Of a DNA stretch of 64,000 nt, positions 24,854-35,727 are shown one piece after another. A program made the position numbers and the translations under genes. Numbering within the stretch: the stretch's first letter is position 1; each line of letters starts with the position of its first letter. The DNA comes from Takakia lepidozioides (lineage: Eukaryota > Plantae > Bryophyta): NCBI GenBank assembly GCA_030704615.1, contig CM060734.1, positions 60,326,001 through 60,390,000 on the forward strand, read 5' to 3'. The notes under the pieces are model-generated. The model searched no databases. It was not told the origin of the DNA and saw nothing but the letters and a program-made list of their open reading frames with translations.

Positions 24854-25449
24854 GCAACACAGCCTATCACAACCTACCACAGCGTGTCACAGCCTATCAC
24901 AGCTTACCACAGTGCATCACAGCCTATCACAGCGTAACACAGTATGACACAGCCTGTCACAGCTCAACACAGCCTACTAAAGTTACACGATCCATAGAAT
25001 CAGTGACAAGTGGACACATAATAACTTCAGGAAAATGGCTGACGGAAGAGGAAACGGAAATTACTTTAAAAATGGACACGTGGAGGTCGGGGCGCGACAC
25101 ACAGTCGAGAAGGAAATGCAAGAACAGGTGTCAAAAAGAAAGAGGACAAGAACGGCCGTCAAAAGGGATGAAAGGCGGGCCCATTAATGAGTACGGAAAA
25201 AGGGAAACGGAACGAACGGCAAGTACAGAAAAGCGGAATTCTTGTCACATGTGTGATCCTAGTGGACTATCCAACAGGGAAAGTCCACTAAAGAAGATAA
25301 AATCTAAAATCCAGTCACAGCGGATACAGCCAATAGAAAACCAGAGAAAGGATCAAGAAAATGGAGGGAAATTGAGCGCAAGAGGCGGCGTCGTTCTGAG
25401 TAACAGGCGTCTCGACAGGACAGACCATCAATGCTATACCTTGGAAACT

Positions 25450-26298
25450 ATGGAGGAACTAACAGACTATACGCTCGCAATATTACTTACGCAGTGGCAT
25501 AGACACGAAAGGACAGAGCGGAGCTTTTCTCTTGAGCGATGCTTGCAAGCCCCGCAGGCTTACAAGAAATTACCCATAGCTTTCTGCGACAACCATACGT
25601 TTATGCTTTGTGCACTACAGGCATTCCTGCAGTTGTTACAGCCAAAACAGTTCTGTGAGTCTAAAATGAAGAGAGTGAGAGGAATGGAGGAAATCAGGGT
25701 GAAGAGCACCACAATTCTGCAGAAACAAACGATTGCTACCCCACAGGCGATACAGATACTGGAGGAGCTGAGATTGCAAGGATTGCAAAGCCTAGATTGG
25801 ACACTACACCATAGACAGTACATGTTACAATTTTTGCAGAACTTTGAGCCAAGGACAGGAACAACAACGGTGAAGGGAGTTGAATTAATGATTACTCCCC
25901 TATACCTCCAGCAATTGTTTCGATTGCCAGCAGGTCAAGTGCATGTGGAGCAACACAGGGCAAGACTGCAAATAGAGGACTTATTCCAAGAAGGGAGTTT
26001 CTTTAAAACTCAGGGTTATGATTGTACCAAGGCTGTGTACCCAGGGTTAAAAGAGGTAGGCCAGGTATTGAACGTTCTAATTGCCATGAAACAGAACCAA
26101 CAGTATTTGAGCAGATCCTTCACGGAGGAAATACTCAAAGGCCTGAAGGGACGAGAGGTACAATGGGCGGACATAATGTACAACGCACTGGTAGAGGAGA
26201 TGAAAAGATTACAAGGTACTACCGCAAAGTCTCCTATAATAGTGTCTGGCCCAATCATTGCTCAAATAATCCTTGATTCTGGCATACTTAATGCGTAA
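25450..26298 (+). CDS. G2 extra ORF-A, resembles Athila env-like / plant transposon accessory domain (start uncertain)
   Basis: MLQFLQNF...TVKGVELMITPLYLQQLFRLP...GREVQWADIM...GPIIAQII pattern. Located 3' of integrase and intact in two copies. Confidence 0.6.
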   Translation: MEELTDYTLAILLTQWHRHERTERSFSLERCLQAPQAYKKLPIAFCDNHTFMLCALQAFLQLLQPKQFCESKMKRVRGMEEIRVKSTTILQKQTIATPQAIQILEELRLQGLQSLDWTLHHRQYMLQFLQNFEPRTGTTTVKGVELMITPLYLQQLFRLPAGQVHVEQHRARLQIEDLFQEGSFFKTQGYDCTKAVYPGLKEVGQVLNVLIAMKQNQQYLSRSFTEEILKGLKGREVQWADIMYNALVEEMKRLQGTTAKSPIIVSGPIIAQIILDSGILNA

Positions 26299-26310
26299 GA
26301 AAGAAAGGAA

Positions 26311-29217
26311 ATGGGAGTGTTTGAGCCAGCAACAACTGCAATGGAAGAGCAAGGCTCTTCACACAGTGAGGGTGGACTAGCAGGGCAACCTGAGACTAAG
26401 AAGCAGAGACGGGGAAAGAATGTGGTGGCGAATCCACTGGCTTCACGGATTCCGCATAATAATGTTTCCCAAGCTCATGGCCAGGAAGGGGCACAGCAGC
26501 ACAGAGAAATGCTATTACTGGAAGCAGGACCTTCAGAGAGGGAGGAGGAAGTTACTTCTGCATCACAACCATCACAGCCACTTGAACGACTTGTCACAAG
26601 GTCACAAGTTATCCATGCAGCTCAACCAAAAATAATTGATTTGGAAAGTGAAGGGTTAGATATTCCAACTACAGAACAGATAGTGGCAGAAATAGAGAAG
26701 GGGGACCTTCTCTATGAATATTTTGGTCTGGTCAAGGAGACAGAAATCCCAGAGGTGCAACAGTTGCCCAAGGGAGATCCTGAGGTGCATATAATACACA
26801 CACCTGTGTCGGAGGTACCACAGGCGGAAGGTCATGACACTGTAGCACCGGTGATAGATGAAGTAGTTCAGGAAGAAAATCCGGTGGGACAATGGCCTGA
26901 ATGGTTAGTGAGACATCACACTGTTGAAGATCAGGAGGAACAGCAGCAACCTCACCATGATGACCCTCAACAGGCAATGCTGATGAGTTCCATAGGCAGG
27001 ACACTTAATTTGTTGGGGACTTATGTCAAATCCCATGTTCCAATTACCCAATTGACAGCCTTGAGAGAGGAACTCAGGAAGGAGTTTGAGGCTCGACTTG
27101 CCACTGAGTGTGCAAACAAGGTCGATGAAGAGGTCACTCTCAAGATGAAGCAGGACTTGGGAAATACAGAAATGGCTTTGCAATTGGCCAAGGAACAATT
27201 GATTGAGGCAGGCCTCGCGCAAGACCAGTTGCACGAAGCACATAAGCAACAGCTATACCAAATGCAGGTGCAGCATGAAAGCAAGTTGCAAGAACTGAAT
27301 GCACTACATACGGAGTTGCAGACAGTGCATAACAGGATGGCGATACAATGTGCTACATTTACAACTATGCTTGACCAATCTACAAAAGAAATAAACAGTC
27401 AAGCAGAAAAATGTACGAAGGCAGAAAAAGAGAATGTTGAGCAAATGAAGCTCATTGTCGATATGAAGAATACAATCTGTCGCAATGAAGAAACTTTCAA
27501 GCAATACAGGCAGATTGAAGCTGATCAAGAGAAACACATCGTGGAGTTGCAACAAACCATCATGGCCAATAGAAATGAAATCGCGGTCAATAACAAGGCT
27601 TGGAAGGAAGCCAATAATCTACTTGCTGCTTATGCGCAATTGGTTGAACCTCAGGCGAAGCGCATGGAAGCTTTACAACAGCAATTGGAATTGTACAAGC
27701 TAAGAGAGGAGCAAACTCTCAGGGGAACCACAAGCAACTTGGTGGATAACAGCCTTATGCAGGTCTGGTTAGCACAAGGGCCAGTAGAGGGCAAAGCACC
27801 ACGGAAGCTCACCCAAAGCGAGATGAATGAGCTCAGGCTGCAGGTGCAGAACATTGCCACAACTACTATAGACAATGTCTATAGTAGGATAGCAGAGTTA
27901 CAAGAGGATGTAGACGGACTGCAGACTCAAGTGGAAGAACTCACTTCAAACATCGACCAAAGAGTCTATATCCCTCAGGAACAGCTAATGGCTTCTTATT
28001 TACAAGCCAGAACTTTGGCTTTTCAGTCTTCACAGGAGGTGCAGGAGATGCCAATGATACAAGAGCCAGTACCACCACCACCACAACAAGTCACTGTACC
28101 AGTAGTTGAACCTGTGGTTACTACAACCACACCACAGCCACCACAGCCGGAGGTATGGGGCAATGCCGCTTTTAACCCACCTAAAACTCCAGCTGCAAGG
28201 GAGTACAGTAGGGCTATGATTATGCCCTTCAACCAAATTCCCATCATGTTGGATTTGGCTTGGAAAGAATTTAGTCCTCCGCAGTCATTCGCACATTACT
28301 ACCAAATTATGCGTATTTGGCTGCCAGTGGCAACTAGGACTAAAGTTCTTCCGAACAATCGACATATTGAAGATCATCACTTTGCACAATACTGGCACGA
28401 GGCAGGTACCATGTTGAGGGAATTGATTGCTTTCCAGGTTGTACATGGACTCATTTATACCAAGACCAAGGAGATAGCAAGTATTGTCATGGGGTGCGGG
28501 TTATACTACGCTGCTTGTTTTCTGGTACGTTACCACATTGAGCAACAAAAGATGCAAACACGCTTTCTGAGTTATTCCAGTGGAGATCATTGGGTATTAC
28601 CTTCGGTGCCACCTCATATGTACCTATATGACCCAAAAGTTATGATGCAAAAGGATTCTCAAATTCGTTCATGGTTTCAAGCGGCCTGGAACCATTTGTC
28701 AACACAGAAATTCGGCATTGATGACATTTTCTATAAGGGACATGTGGCATGGAAGTACTTGCACGTTGCACCAGTAATTGGTACCCCACTCACCTGGACA
28801 GACAAGGAGCTCAGTGTCTACACCAATTTTGCTGTTCAGCGGTTACACCAAGTTGTAAAATACAAACTTCCAGACATGGTAGGACAACATTGTATGCCCC
28901 AGATGATTCCACAAAAAGTTCAAAAATTAAAACACCTGAGAGGCGATGAGGATTCTGATACAACTGTTTCTTCACCGAATTCTTTTGACATGGGAGAAGA
29001 CTATGCAGTTCAGATGGCAGAGAAGAAGCGAAGGGGATCTCCTATGCCGGAAAGGTTACCTCGATATCAGCCTCCAGAGGGCCTCACTTATCCAGGTAGT
29101 CATCAACCATCTCCGTCAACCAGAGACAGACCTCGGGCTCGTACACACAGTCCGCCACGAAACTCTCAACGTCAAGAAGGTGCTCACTCACAAAGGTTTG
29201 CTAGTCGAAATCAGTAA
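26311..29217 (+). CDS. G2 extra ORF-B, 968 aa, long coiled coil plus uncharacterised C-terminal domain
   Basis: Uninterrupted ORF ending just before the PPT. Q/E-rich heptad-like region. Protein-level conservation with 22507-23460. Confidence 0.8.
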   Translation: MGVFEPATTAMEEQGSSHSEGGLAGQPETKKQRRGKNVVANPLASRIPHNNVSQAHGQEGAQQHREMLLLEAGPSEREEEVTSASQPSQPLERLVTRSQVIHAAQPKIIDLESEGLDIPTTEQIVAEIEKGDLLYEYFGLVKETEIPEVQQLPKGDPEVHIIHTPVSEVPQAEGHDTVAPVIDEVVQEENPVGQWPEWLVRHHTVEDQEEQQQPHHDDPQQAMLMSSIGRTLNLLGTYVKSHVPITQLTALREELRKEFEARLATECANKVDEEVTLKMKQDLGNTEMALQLAKEQLIEAGLAQDQLHEAHKQQLYQMQVQHESKLQELNALHTELQTVHNRMAIQCATFTTMLDQSTKEINSQAEKCTKAEKENVEQMKLIVDMKNTICRNEETFKQYRQIEADQEKHIVELQQTIMANRNEIAVNNKAWKEANNLLAAYAQLVEPQAKRMEALQQQLELYKLREEQTLRGTTSNLVDNSLMQVWLAQGPVEGKAPRKLTQSEMNELRLQVQNIATTTIDNVYSRIAELQEDVDGLQTQVEELTSNIDQRVYIPQEQLMASYLQARTLAFQSSQEVQEMPMIQEPVPPPPQQVTVPVVEPVVTTTTPQPPQPEVWGNAAFNPPKTPAAREYSRAMIMPFNQIPIMLDLAWKEFSPPQSFAHYYQIMRIWLPVATRTKVLPNNRHIEDHHFAQYWHEAGTMLRELIAFQVVHGLIYTKTKEIASIVMGCGLYYAACFLVRYHIEQQKMQTRFLSYSSGDHWVLPSVPPHMYLYDPKVMMQKDSQIRSWFQAAWNHLSTQKFGIDDIFYKGHVAWKYLHVAPVIGTPLTWTDKELSVYTNFAVQRLHQVVKYKLPDMVGQHCMPQMIPQKVQKLKHLRGDEDSDTTVSSPNSFDMGEDYAVQMAEKKRRGSPMPERLPRYQPPEGLTYPGSHQPSPSTRDRPRARTHSPPRNSQRQEGAHSQRFASRNQ

Positions 29218-29256
29218 ACCGTGAGGACACGGCTTTTTGAGGGGGGAAGGGGTAAA

Positions 29257-30259
29257 TGTTAGAGGACTGTCGGGGACTTAGACACTTATACGGGATCTGT
29301 AGGGTACCCTTAATTTTTGCACAGACTGAGACCAAGAGGAACCTTAGGGGTGACAACAGCGCATTGTAGAGGGGGGTTACACAGCCCAACACAGTCGTCA
29401 CAGTCGTCACAGCCAACACAGCCAACACAGCCCGTCACAGTCGTCACAGCCAACACAGCCCGTCACAGCCGACACAGCCAACACAGCCCGTCACAGTCGT
29501 CACAGCCAACACAGCCAACACAGCCCGTCACAGTCGTCACAGCAGAACACAGCCGACACAGCCCGGCACAGCCCGGCACAGTCACACAGCCAAACACAGT
29601 CGCACAGCCAGTCACAGCTTGACATAGCTGTCACGATCATAGGGAACGAAGAGTAGGACAGGGAACGACTGTGGGGAACAACACCTGCGAAGGGAACATG
29701 TTAGTTCACAGACGACGGTTAGTGAGGGAAACGGTTAGAACCGCGGATAGGAAGATAAAGGGAGAAACGGGGAATTGAACGGGGGATTTTCGGAGGAGGA
29801 CTTCTTGGTGATAGAGGAGAGGGGATCGGGTAGAGATGAGGAACGGAAGTGAAGATAGAGAGATGATGAGTAGATGCTTGATATAGGCAAGGCTGTAATG
29901 ATATTGTAGAGCAGATTAAAGACACAATGGCTTCGGCCTGATACCTGATAAATCATAATCGGATACTTTTACGATACAATCACACTGTGTAGAGAGATCT
30001 GAGTGAAGCTGTGAAATGAATGGATGAGCTGATGGAATCCTATAGATTGATAAAGCAAACTGATACTTAATTATCAATGGTAAGATAGCTAACATGAATA
30101 CCAAAAGGAAAACAAATAGGAAACACCCCCATGATACACTAGCTGTAGGTCATGACTGATTGTTCTGTGCGGGCTGAGTACTTAGAGATTTCCAACTCTT
30201 CTATCTTGGAGTTAACGCCTCGAATAGCGAAGGGATGGGTGAGTAAAAGCCGCGCGACA
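29257..30259 (+). repeat. G2 LTR (1003 bp) with ACAGCC/GTCACAG minisatellite
   Basis: TGTTAGAGG...CGCGACA. Other copies at 39175-40273 and 43419-44433. Confidence 0.93.
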
Positions 30260-30769
30260 CACAGGTGTGTGTATTATATGCACCTCAGGATTTCCCTTGG
30301 GCAACTGTTGCACCTCTGGGATTTCTATCTCCTTGACCAGACCAAAATATTCATAGAGAAGGTCCCCCTTCTCTATTTCTGTCACTATCTGTTCTATAGT
30401 TGGAATATCTAACCCTTCACTTTCCAAATCAATTATTTTTGGTTGAGCTGCATGGATAACTTGTGACCTTGTGACAAGTCGTTCAAGTGGCTGTGATGGT
30501 TGTGATGCAGAAGTAACTTCCTCCTCCCTCTCTGAAGGTCCTGCTTCCAGTAATAGCATTTCTCTGTGCTGCTGTGCCCCTTCCTGGCCATGAGCTTGGG
30601 AAACATTATTATGCGGAATCCGTGAAGCCAGTGGATTCGCCACCACATTCTTTCCCCGTCTCTGCTTCTTAGTCTCAGGTTGCCCTGCTAGTCCACCCTC
30701 ACTGTGTGAAGAGCCTTGCTCTTCCATTGCAGTTGTTGCTGGCTCAAACACTCCCATTTCCTTTCTTTC

Positions 30770-31618
30770 TTACGCATTAAGTATGCCAGAATCAAGGATT
30801 ATTTGAGCAATGATTGGGCCAGACACTATTATAGGAGACTTTGCGGTAGTACCTTGTAATCTTTTCATCTCCTCTACCAGTGCGTTGTACATTATGTCCG
30901 CCCATTGTACCTCTCGTCCCTTCAGGCCTTTGAGTATTTCCTCCGTGAAGGATCTGCTCAAATACTGTTGGTTCTGTTTCATGGCAATTAGAACGTTCAA
31001 TACCTGGCCTACCTCTTTTAACCCTGGGTACACAGCCTTGGTACAATCATAACCCTGAGTTTTAAAGAAACTCCCTTCTTGGAATAAGTCCTCTATTTGC
31101 AGTCTTGCCCTGTGTTGCTCCACATGCACTTGACCTGCTGGCAATCGAAACAATTGCTGGAGGTATAGGGGAGTAATCATTAATTCAACTCCCTTCACCG
31201 TTGTTGTTCCTGTCCTTGGCTCAAAGTTCTGCAAAAATTGTAACATGTACTGTCTATGGTGTAGTGTCCAATCTAGGCTTTGCAATCCTTGCAATCTCAG
31301 CTCCTCCAGTATCTGTATCGCCTGTGGGGTAGCAATCGTTTGTTTCTGCAGAATTGTGGTGCTCTTCACCCTGATTTCCTCCATTCCTCTCACTCTCTTC
31401 ATTTTAGACTCACAGAACTGTTTTGGCTGTAACAACTGCAGGAATGCCTGTAGTGCACAAAGCATAAACGTATGGTTGTCGCAGAAAGCTATGGGTAATT
31501 TCTTGTAAGCCTGCGGGGCTTGCAAGCATCGCTCAAGAGAAAAGCTCCGCTCTGTCCTTTCGTGTCTATGCCACTGCGTAAGTAATATTGCGAGCGTATA
31601 GTCTGTTAGTTCCTCCAT
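30770..31618 (-). CDS. G2 extra ORF-A (second copy; frame is open upstream to 32578)
   Basis: Same translation as 25450-26298. Confidence 0.6.
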   Translation of the reverse strand: MEELTDYTLAILLTQWHRHERTERSFSLERCLQAPQAYKKLPIAFCDNHTFMLCALQAFLQLLQPKQFCESKMKRVRGMEEIRVKSTTILQKQTIATPQAIQILEELRLQGLQSLDWTLHHRQYMLQFLQNFEPRTGTTTVKGVELMITPLYLQQLFRLPAGQVHVEQHRARLQIEDLFQEGSFFKTQGYDCTKAVYPGLKEVGQVLNVLIAMKQNQQYLSRSFTEEILKGLKGREVQWADIMYNALVEEMKRLQGTTAKSPIIVSGPIIAQIILDSGILNA

Positions 31619-32139
31619 AGTTTCCAAGGTATAGCATTGATGGTCTGTCCTGTCGAGACGCCCGTTACTCAGAACGACGCCGCCTCTTGCGCTCAATTTC
31701 CCTCCATTTTCTTGATCCTTTCTCTGGTTTTCTATTGGCTGTATCCGCTGTGACTGGATTTTAGATTTTATCTTCTTTAGTGGACTTTCCCTGTTGGATA
31801 GTCCACTAGGATCACACATGTGACAAGAATTCCGCTTTTCTGTACTTGCCGTTCGTTCCGTTTCCCTTTTTCCGTACTCATTAATGGGCCCGCCTTTCAT
31901 CCCTTTTGACGGCCGTTCTTGTCCTCTTTCTTTTTGACACCTATTCTTGCACTTCCTTCTCGGCTGTGTGTCGCGCCCCGACCTCCACGTGTCCATTTTT
32001 AAAGTAATTTCCGTTTCCTCTTCCGTCAGCCATTTTCCTGAAGTTATTATGTGTCCACTTGTCACTGATTCTATGGATCGTGTAACTTTAGTAGGCTGTG
32101 TTGAGCTGTGACAGGCTGTGTCATACTGTGTTACGCTAT

Positions 32140-32425
32140 GATAGGCTGTGATGCACTGTGGTAAGCTGTGATAGGCTGTGACACGCTGTGGTAGGTTGTG
32201 ATAGGCTGTGTTGCGCCGTGCTGGGCTGTGATAGGCTGTGTCACGTCGTGATGGGCTGTGATAGGCTGTGTTGCGCCGTGCTGGGCTGTGATAGGCTGTG
32301 TCACGTCGTGATGGGCTGTGATAGGCTGTGTTGCGCCTTGCTGGGCTGTGATAGGTTGTGTCACGTCGTGATGGGATGTGATAGGCTGTGCTTTGCCTTG
32401 ATGGGCTGTGATAGGATGTGTCACG
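32140..32425. repeat. 30-bp tandem repeat with alternating A/B units downstream of integrase
   Basis: GGGCTGTGATAGGCTGTGTTGCGCCGTGCT / GGGCTGTGATAGGCTGTGTCACGTCGTGAT. Confidence 0.9.
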
Positions 32426-32574
32426 TTTGTTTTGCCCACCCTGGTCATATATGCTGGGCCTAGCGACAAGTGTTCCATACTCCGTTCGTAACACTGGTGC
32501 AGCCCGTGACTGCTCTTGCGGTTCAACATGCAAATCATGCTGCAAGGGTTTGTCATGGATACCACTGTACCCCT

Positions 32575-35330
32575 TCAACTTATTTGCATGACTCTTCCCA
32601 GCATTTCCTTGTTAATGGTTTGTAACATGGCGGTGTTGTTATCATACATCTTTTGTATGACATAAGGTCCTTTCCACGGTGATTTAAGCTTAGAAGCTTG
32701 AATCTTTCCTTTCTTTTGCAACCATAGAACCAAATCCCCCGTCTTAAAAGTCTTTAACTTGCCTTCATCAAACTGTTCCTTTCGCTTCATCTGAATTCTG
32801 GTCATATTATCAGCTGCATCAGCACGTACTTCTTCCACATGGTATAATTCATGTTTCCTGACCTTGATGGAGTCTTGCAATTCCATTCTTTTTCCCCACT
32901 CCGTTCTCATGGTAGGTAACAGGAATTCCACTGGAAGTAAGGCTTCCATACCATAAACTAATTGGAATGGTGTATACTTAGTGGTGACTTTATATGAAGT
33001 CCTGTATGACCACAAAGCTGCCAGCAGCTTTGTATCCCAATCCGTTCTGTTTGCATTGACTATCTTAGCCAAGATAGTACATAGTATTTTGTTGGTAGCC
33101 TCTGCCTGCCCATTACCCTGTGGGTAATATGTTGTACTCTTTCTATGCACAATCATAAACTCTTTAGTCAACAACTCAATGGTCGCATTCATGAAGTGAC
33201 TTCCTTGATCACTGATAAATTCTAAGGGACAGCCAAATCTTGTAAGTATGTTCTCGTACAGGAACCTTGCTGTGGACTTGGCTGTGTTGTCCCTCAAAGC
33301 TTTAGCTTCCACCCACTTTGTAGTATAATCAGTGGCTGTAATTATGTACCTGTTTCGTGTATTCTTGGATGGTGGGTTAATTGGTCCAACAAAGTCTAGT
33401 CCCCATTTCTGAAATGGTTCCGTAGGCATTGTAGGATGCAAGGCCATCCTTCCAGATCTCTGCAAAGGTCCTAGCCTCTGACATTCATCACACTTCTGAC
33501 AATACTCGTGTACATCTTTGAACAAAGTAGGCCACCAGTATCTTGCGAGTAGTATCTTTCTACTGGTAGTCTCTTCTCCAAAATGACCTCCAGCCACTCC
33601 TTTATGAACTTCCGCCAAAACTTTATTTACTTCATGGTGGTACAAGCATCGTTTTAGTACTCCATCAGGTCCTAACTTATACATTCTGCTTCCTACCATA
33701 GTATAAGGTAAAGCTCTGATAGCAATTCTCTTCCTCTGCTCCTTACCATAACTAGGTGGGCACTGACCATGAGCAAGGTAGTATCTGATTGGCCACTGCC
33801 AATCTAACCATTCATCTGCACTTCCTTGCACCTCCATTACAAATAAACTCGCATCAGGTAACTGATCGTCCACTCCTGTGGCGGCCTCTCCTGTTGTTAG
33901 TCGTGACAAATGATCTGCCACAAGATGCAAACGGCCAGGCTTGTAAATAACCTCGAACTCAAACTCATGCAAGATTATTAACCACCTCGCTATCCTTCCA
34001 CTTATCAAAGGTTTGTTCACCAGATATATCAGAGCCTGGTGATCCACATAAAACATAAACTTTCTTCCCAATAGGTAATGCCTGAATTTCTTGACTGCAT
34101 AAATCATTGCCAATGCTTCTCTTTCCGTTGTACTATAGTTCCTCTCAGCACTGTTCATCAATCGGCTAGCATAGTACACAGGTGAATCTATATTCCCTGT
34201 AACATTCTGGGCTAACACCGCACCCAACGCTTCTCCTGATGCATCGCAGTGAACATGAAATACTACATGCCAGTGAGGGTTAATCAGCACAGGTGTAGTT
34301 GTTACTGACAGTGTAAGTTCCTCAAACGCCTATTGACATTCAGCTGTCCAGGCAAACACTGCATCTTTCTTCAGAAGCTTGCTCAATGGTGCTGCTATTT
34401 GTGCATACCTTTTGACAAATCTTCTGTAATAACTGGTTTGCCCAAGGAATCTCCTTAAACTCTTAACATTCACTGGTGATGGAGAGACTTTAATGGACTC
34501 TGTCTTCCTGGGATCCACAAGACGTCCCTTCTTACACACAATGTGTCCCAGAAGCACCCCTGAGTTCACACAGAAAGTACACTTCTCTGGATTCAAGCCC
34601 AGACCTCTCATCCTGCATCTGGCCAGGCATAACTCCAATTTATGCAAGTGCTCATTCTTAGAGCTGTACACACTGAAATCATCCAAGAATACCTGCATGA
34701 AATCATCCAGATACTCATGAAAAGATTCACTTATCACTCTCTGAAAGGTCGCTGGTGCATTACAAAGTCCAAAGGGCATGACTTTGTATGCATAAGCCCC
34801 CCAGTCTGTGATGAAAGCTGTTTTCCCTTGGTCTTCTTCTGCCACTTGCACTTGATTATAACCACTGAAGCCATCCATGAATGAGTATATCTCATGGCCT
34901 GCCACAGTGTCTAATACTGCTTCTGTGAATGGCAAAGGGAAAGGATCTTTCTTCGTACAAGCATTCAGCTTCTTATAGTTCACACATACTCTCAGTTTGC
35001 CATTCTTCTTGGGAACTATAACAATGGGTGACAACCAAGTTGTATACTCTATTGGGTATATAAACTTAGCCTCAGCCAACTTCTTTATCTCTTCTCCAAC
35101 CTTCTGTGCGTAGTTGGGATTCATTCTATACCTCGCCTGCTTGATTGGTACTGACCCTGGTTCCAGTTCAATCTTATGCTGACAGACTTCAGGTGGTATC
35201 CCTTTTAGATCCTCATAGCTCCAAGCAAATACATCTCTGTATTTGATGAACAAGCTTTTAGCTTCTTCGAAGAATTCCGGCTCCAAATCAGCTCCTACTT
35301 TCACCATCCTCGGCTCCTCCTGAGTTCCCC
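32575..35330 (-). pseudogene. pol: G2 pol (RT, RNase H, integrase) with a stop at 34330 and frameshifts
   Basis: VFLDDF, MPFGLCNAPATFQR, HCDASG, H..GHF..C..C, WGLDFVGP, SDQGSHF, QAEATN, WKGPY. Confidence 0.93.
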
Positions 35331-35727
35331 ATTTACTTCTCTCACCTGCTCATCAGCTGTGATTGTCCAACCAGTCACCACTTCATCCTTTAAGCTCACA
35401 GTGGCTGGTTCTTCTAGGATTTCTATCTCTCCCTCCTTTTCTTCATAGAAATGTGGTGGGTAACTGCTGGTTTCCTCTTCAATTGGTGTTGCCGACACTA
35501 CACCACAGCAGATACCTCTTAAACAACTTAGGCTTTCCAGCCGCATCTCCGCAACCTGCTCCCACTCTGGGTGTGCAGCAAATAGGGTAGCTTCCTGCTC
35601 CTCATCCAGTCCTCCTCTCCAGTCATACTCTCTGACTCCTCGAGGTCTTCTTGTAGCAGGTAATCTACTAGATTTCTTTGTGGTAATTTGTATCTCGTGC
35701 ATCCCATTATGCACAGTTAGTAACTGA

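Larger units (their letters stand above)
24854..30259 (+). mobile_element. gypsy family G2, 3' part (extra ORFs, PPT, 3' LTR)
   Basis: PPT GAGGGGGGAAGGGGTAAA immediately precedes a TG...CA LTR. Confidence 0.9.
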
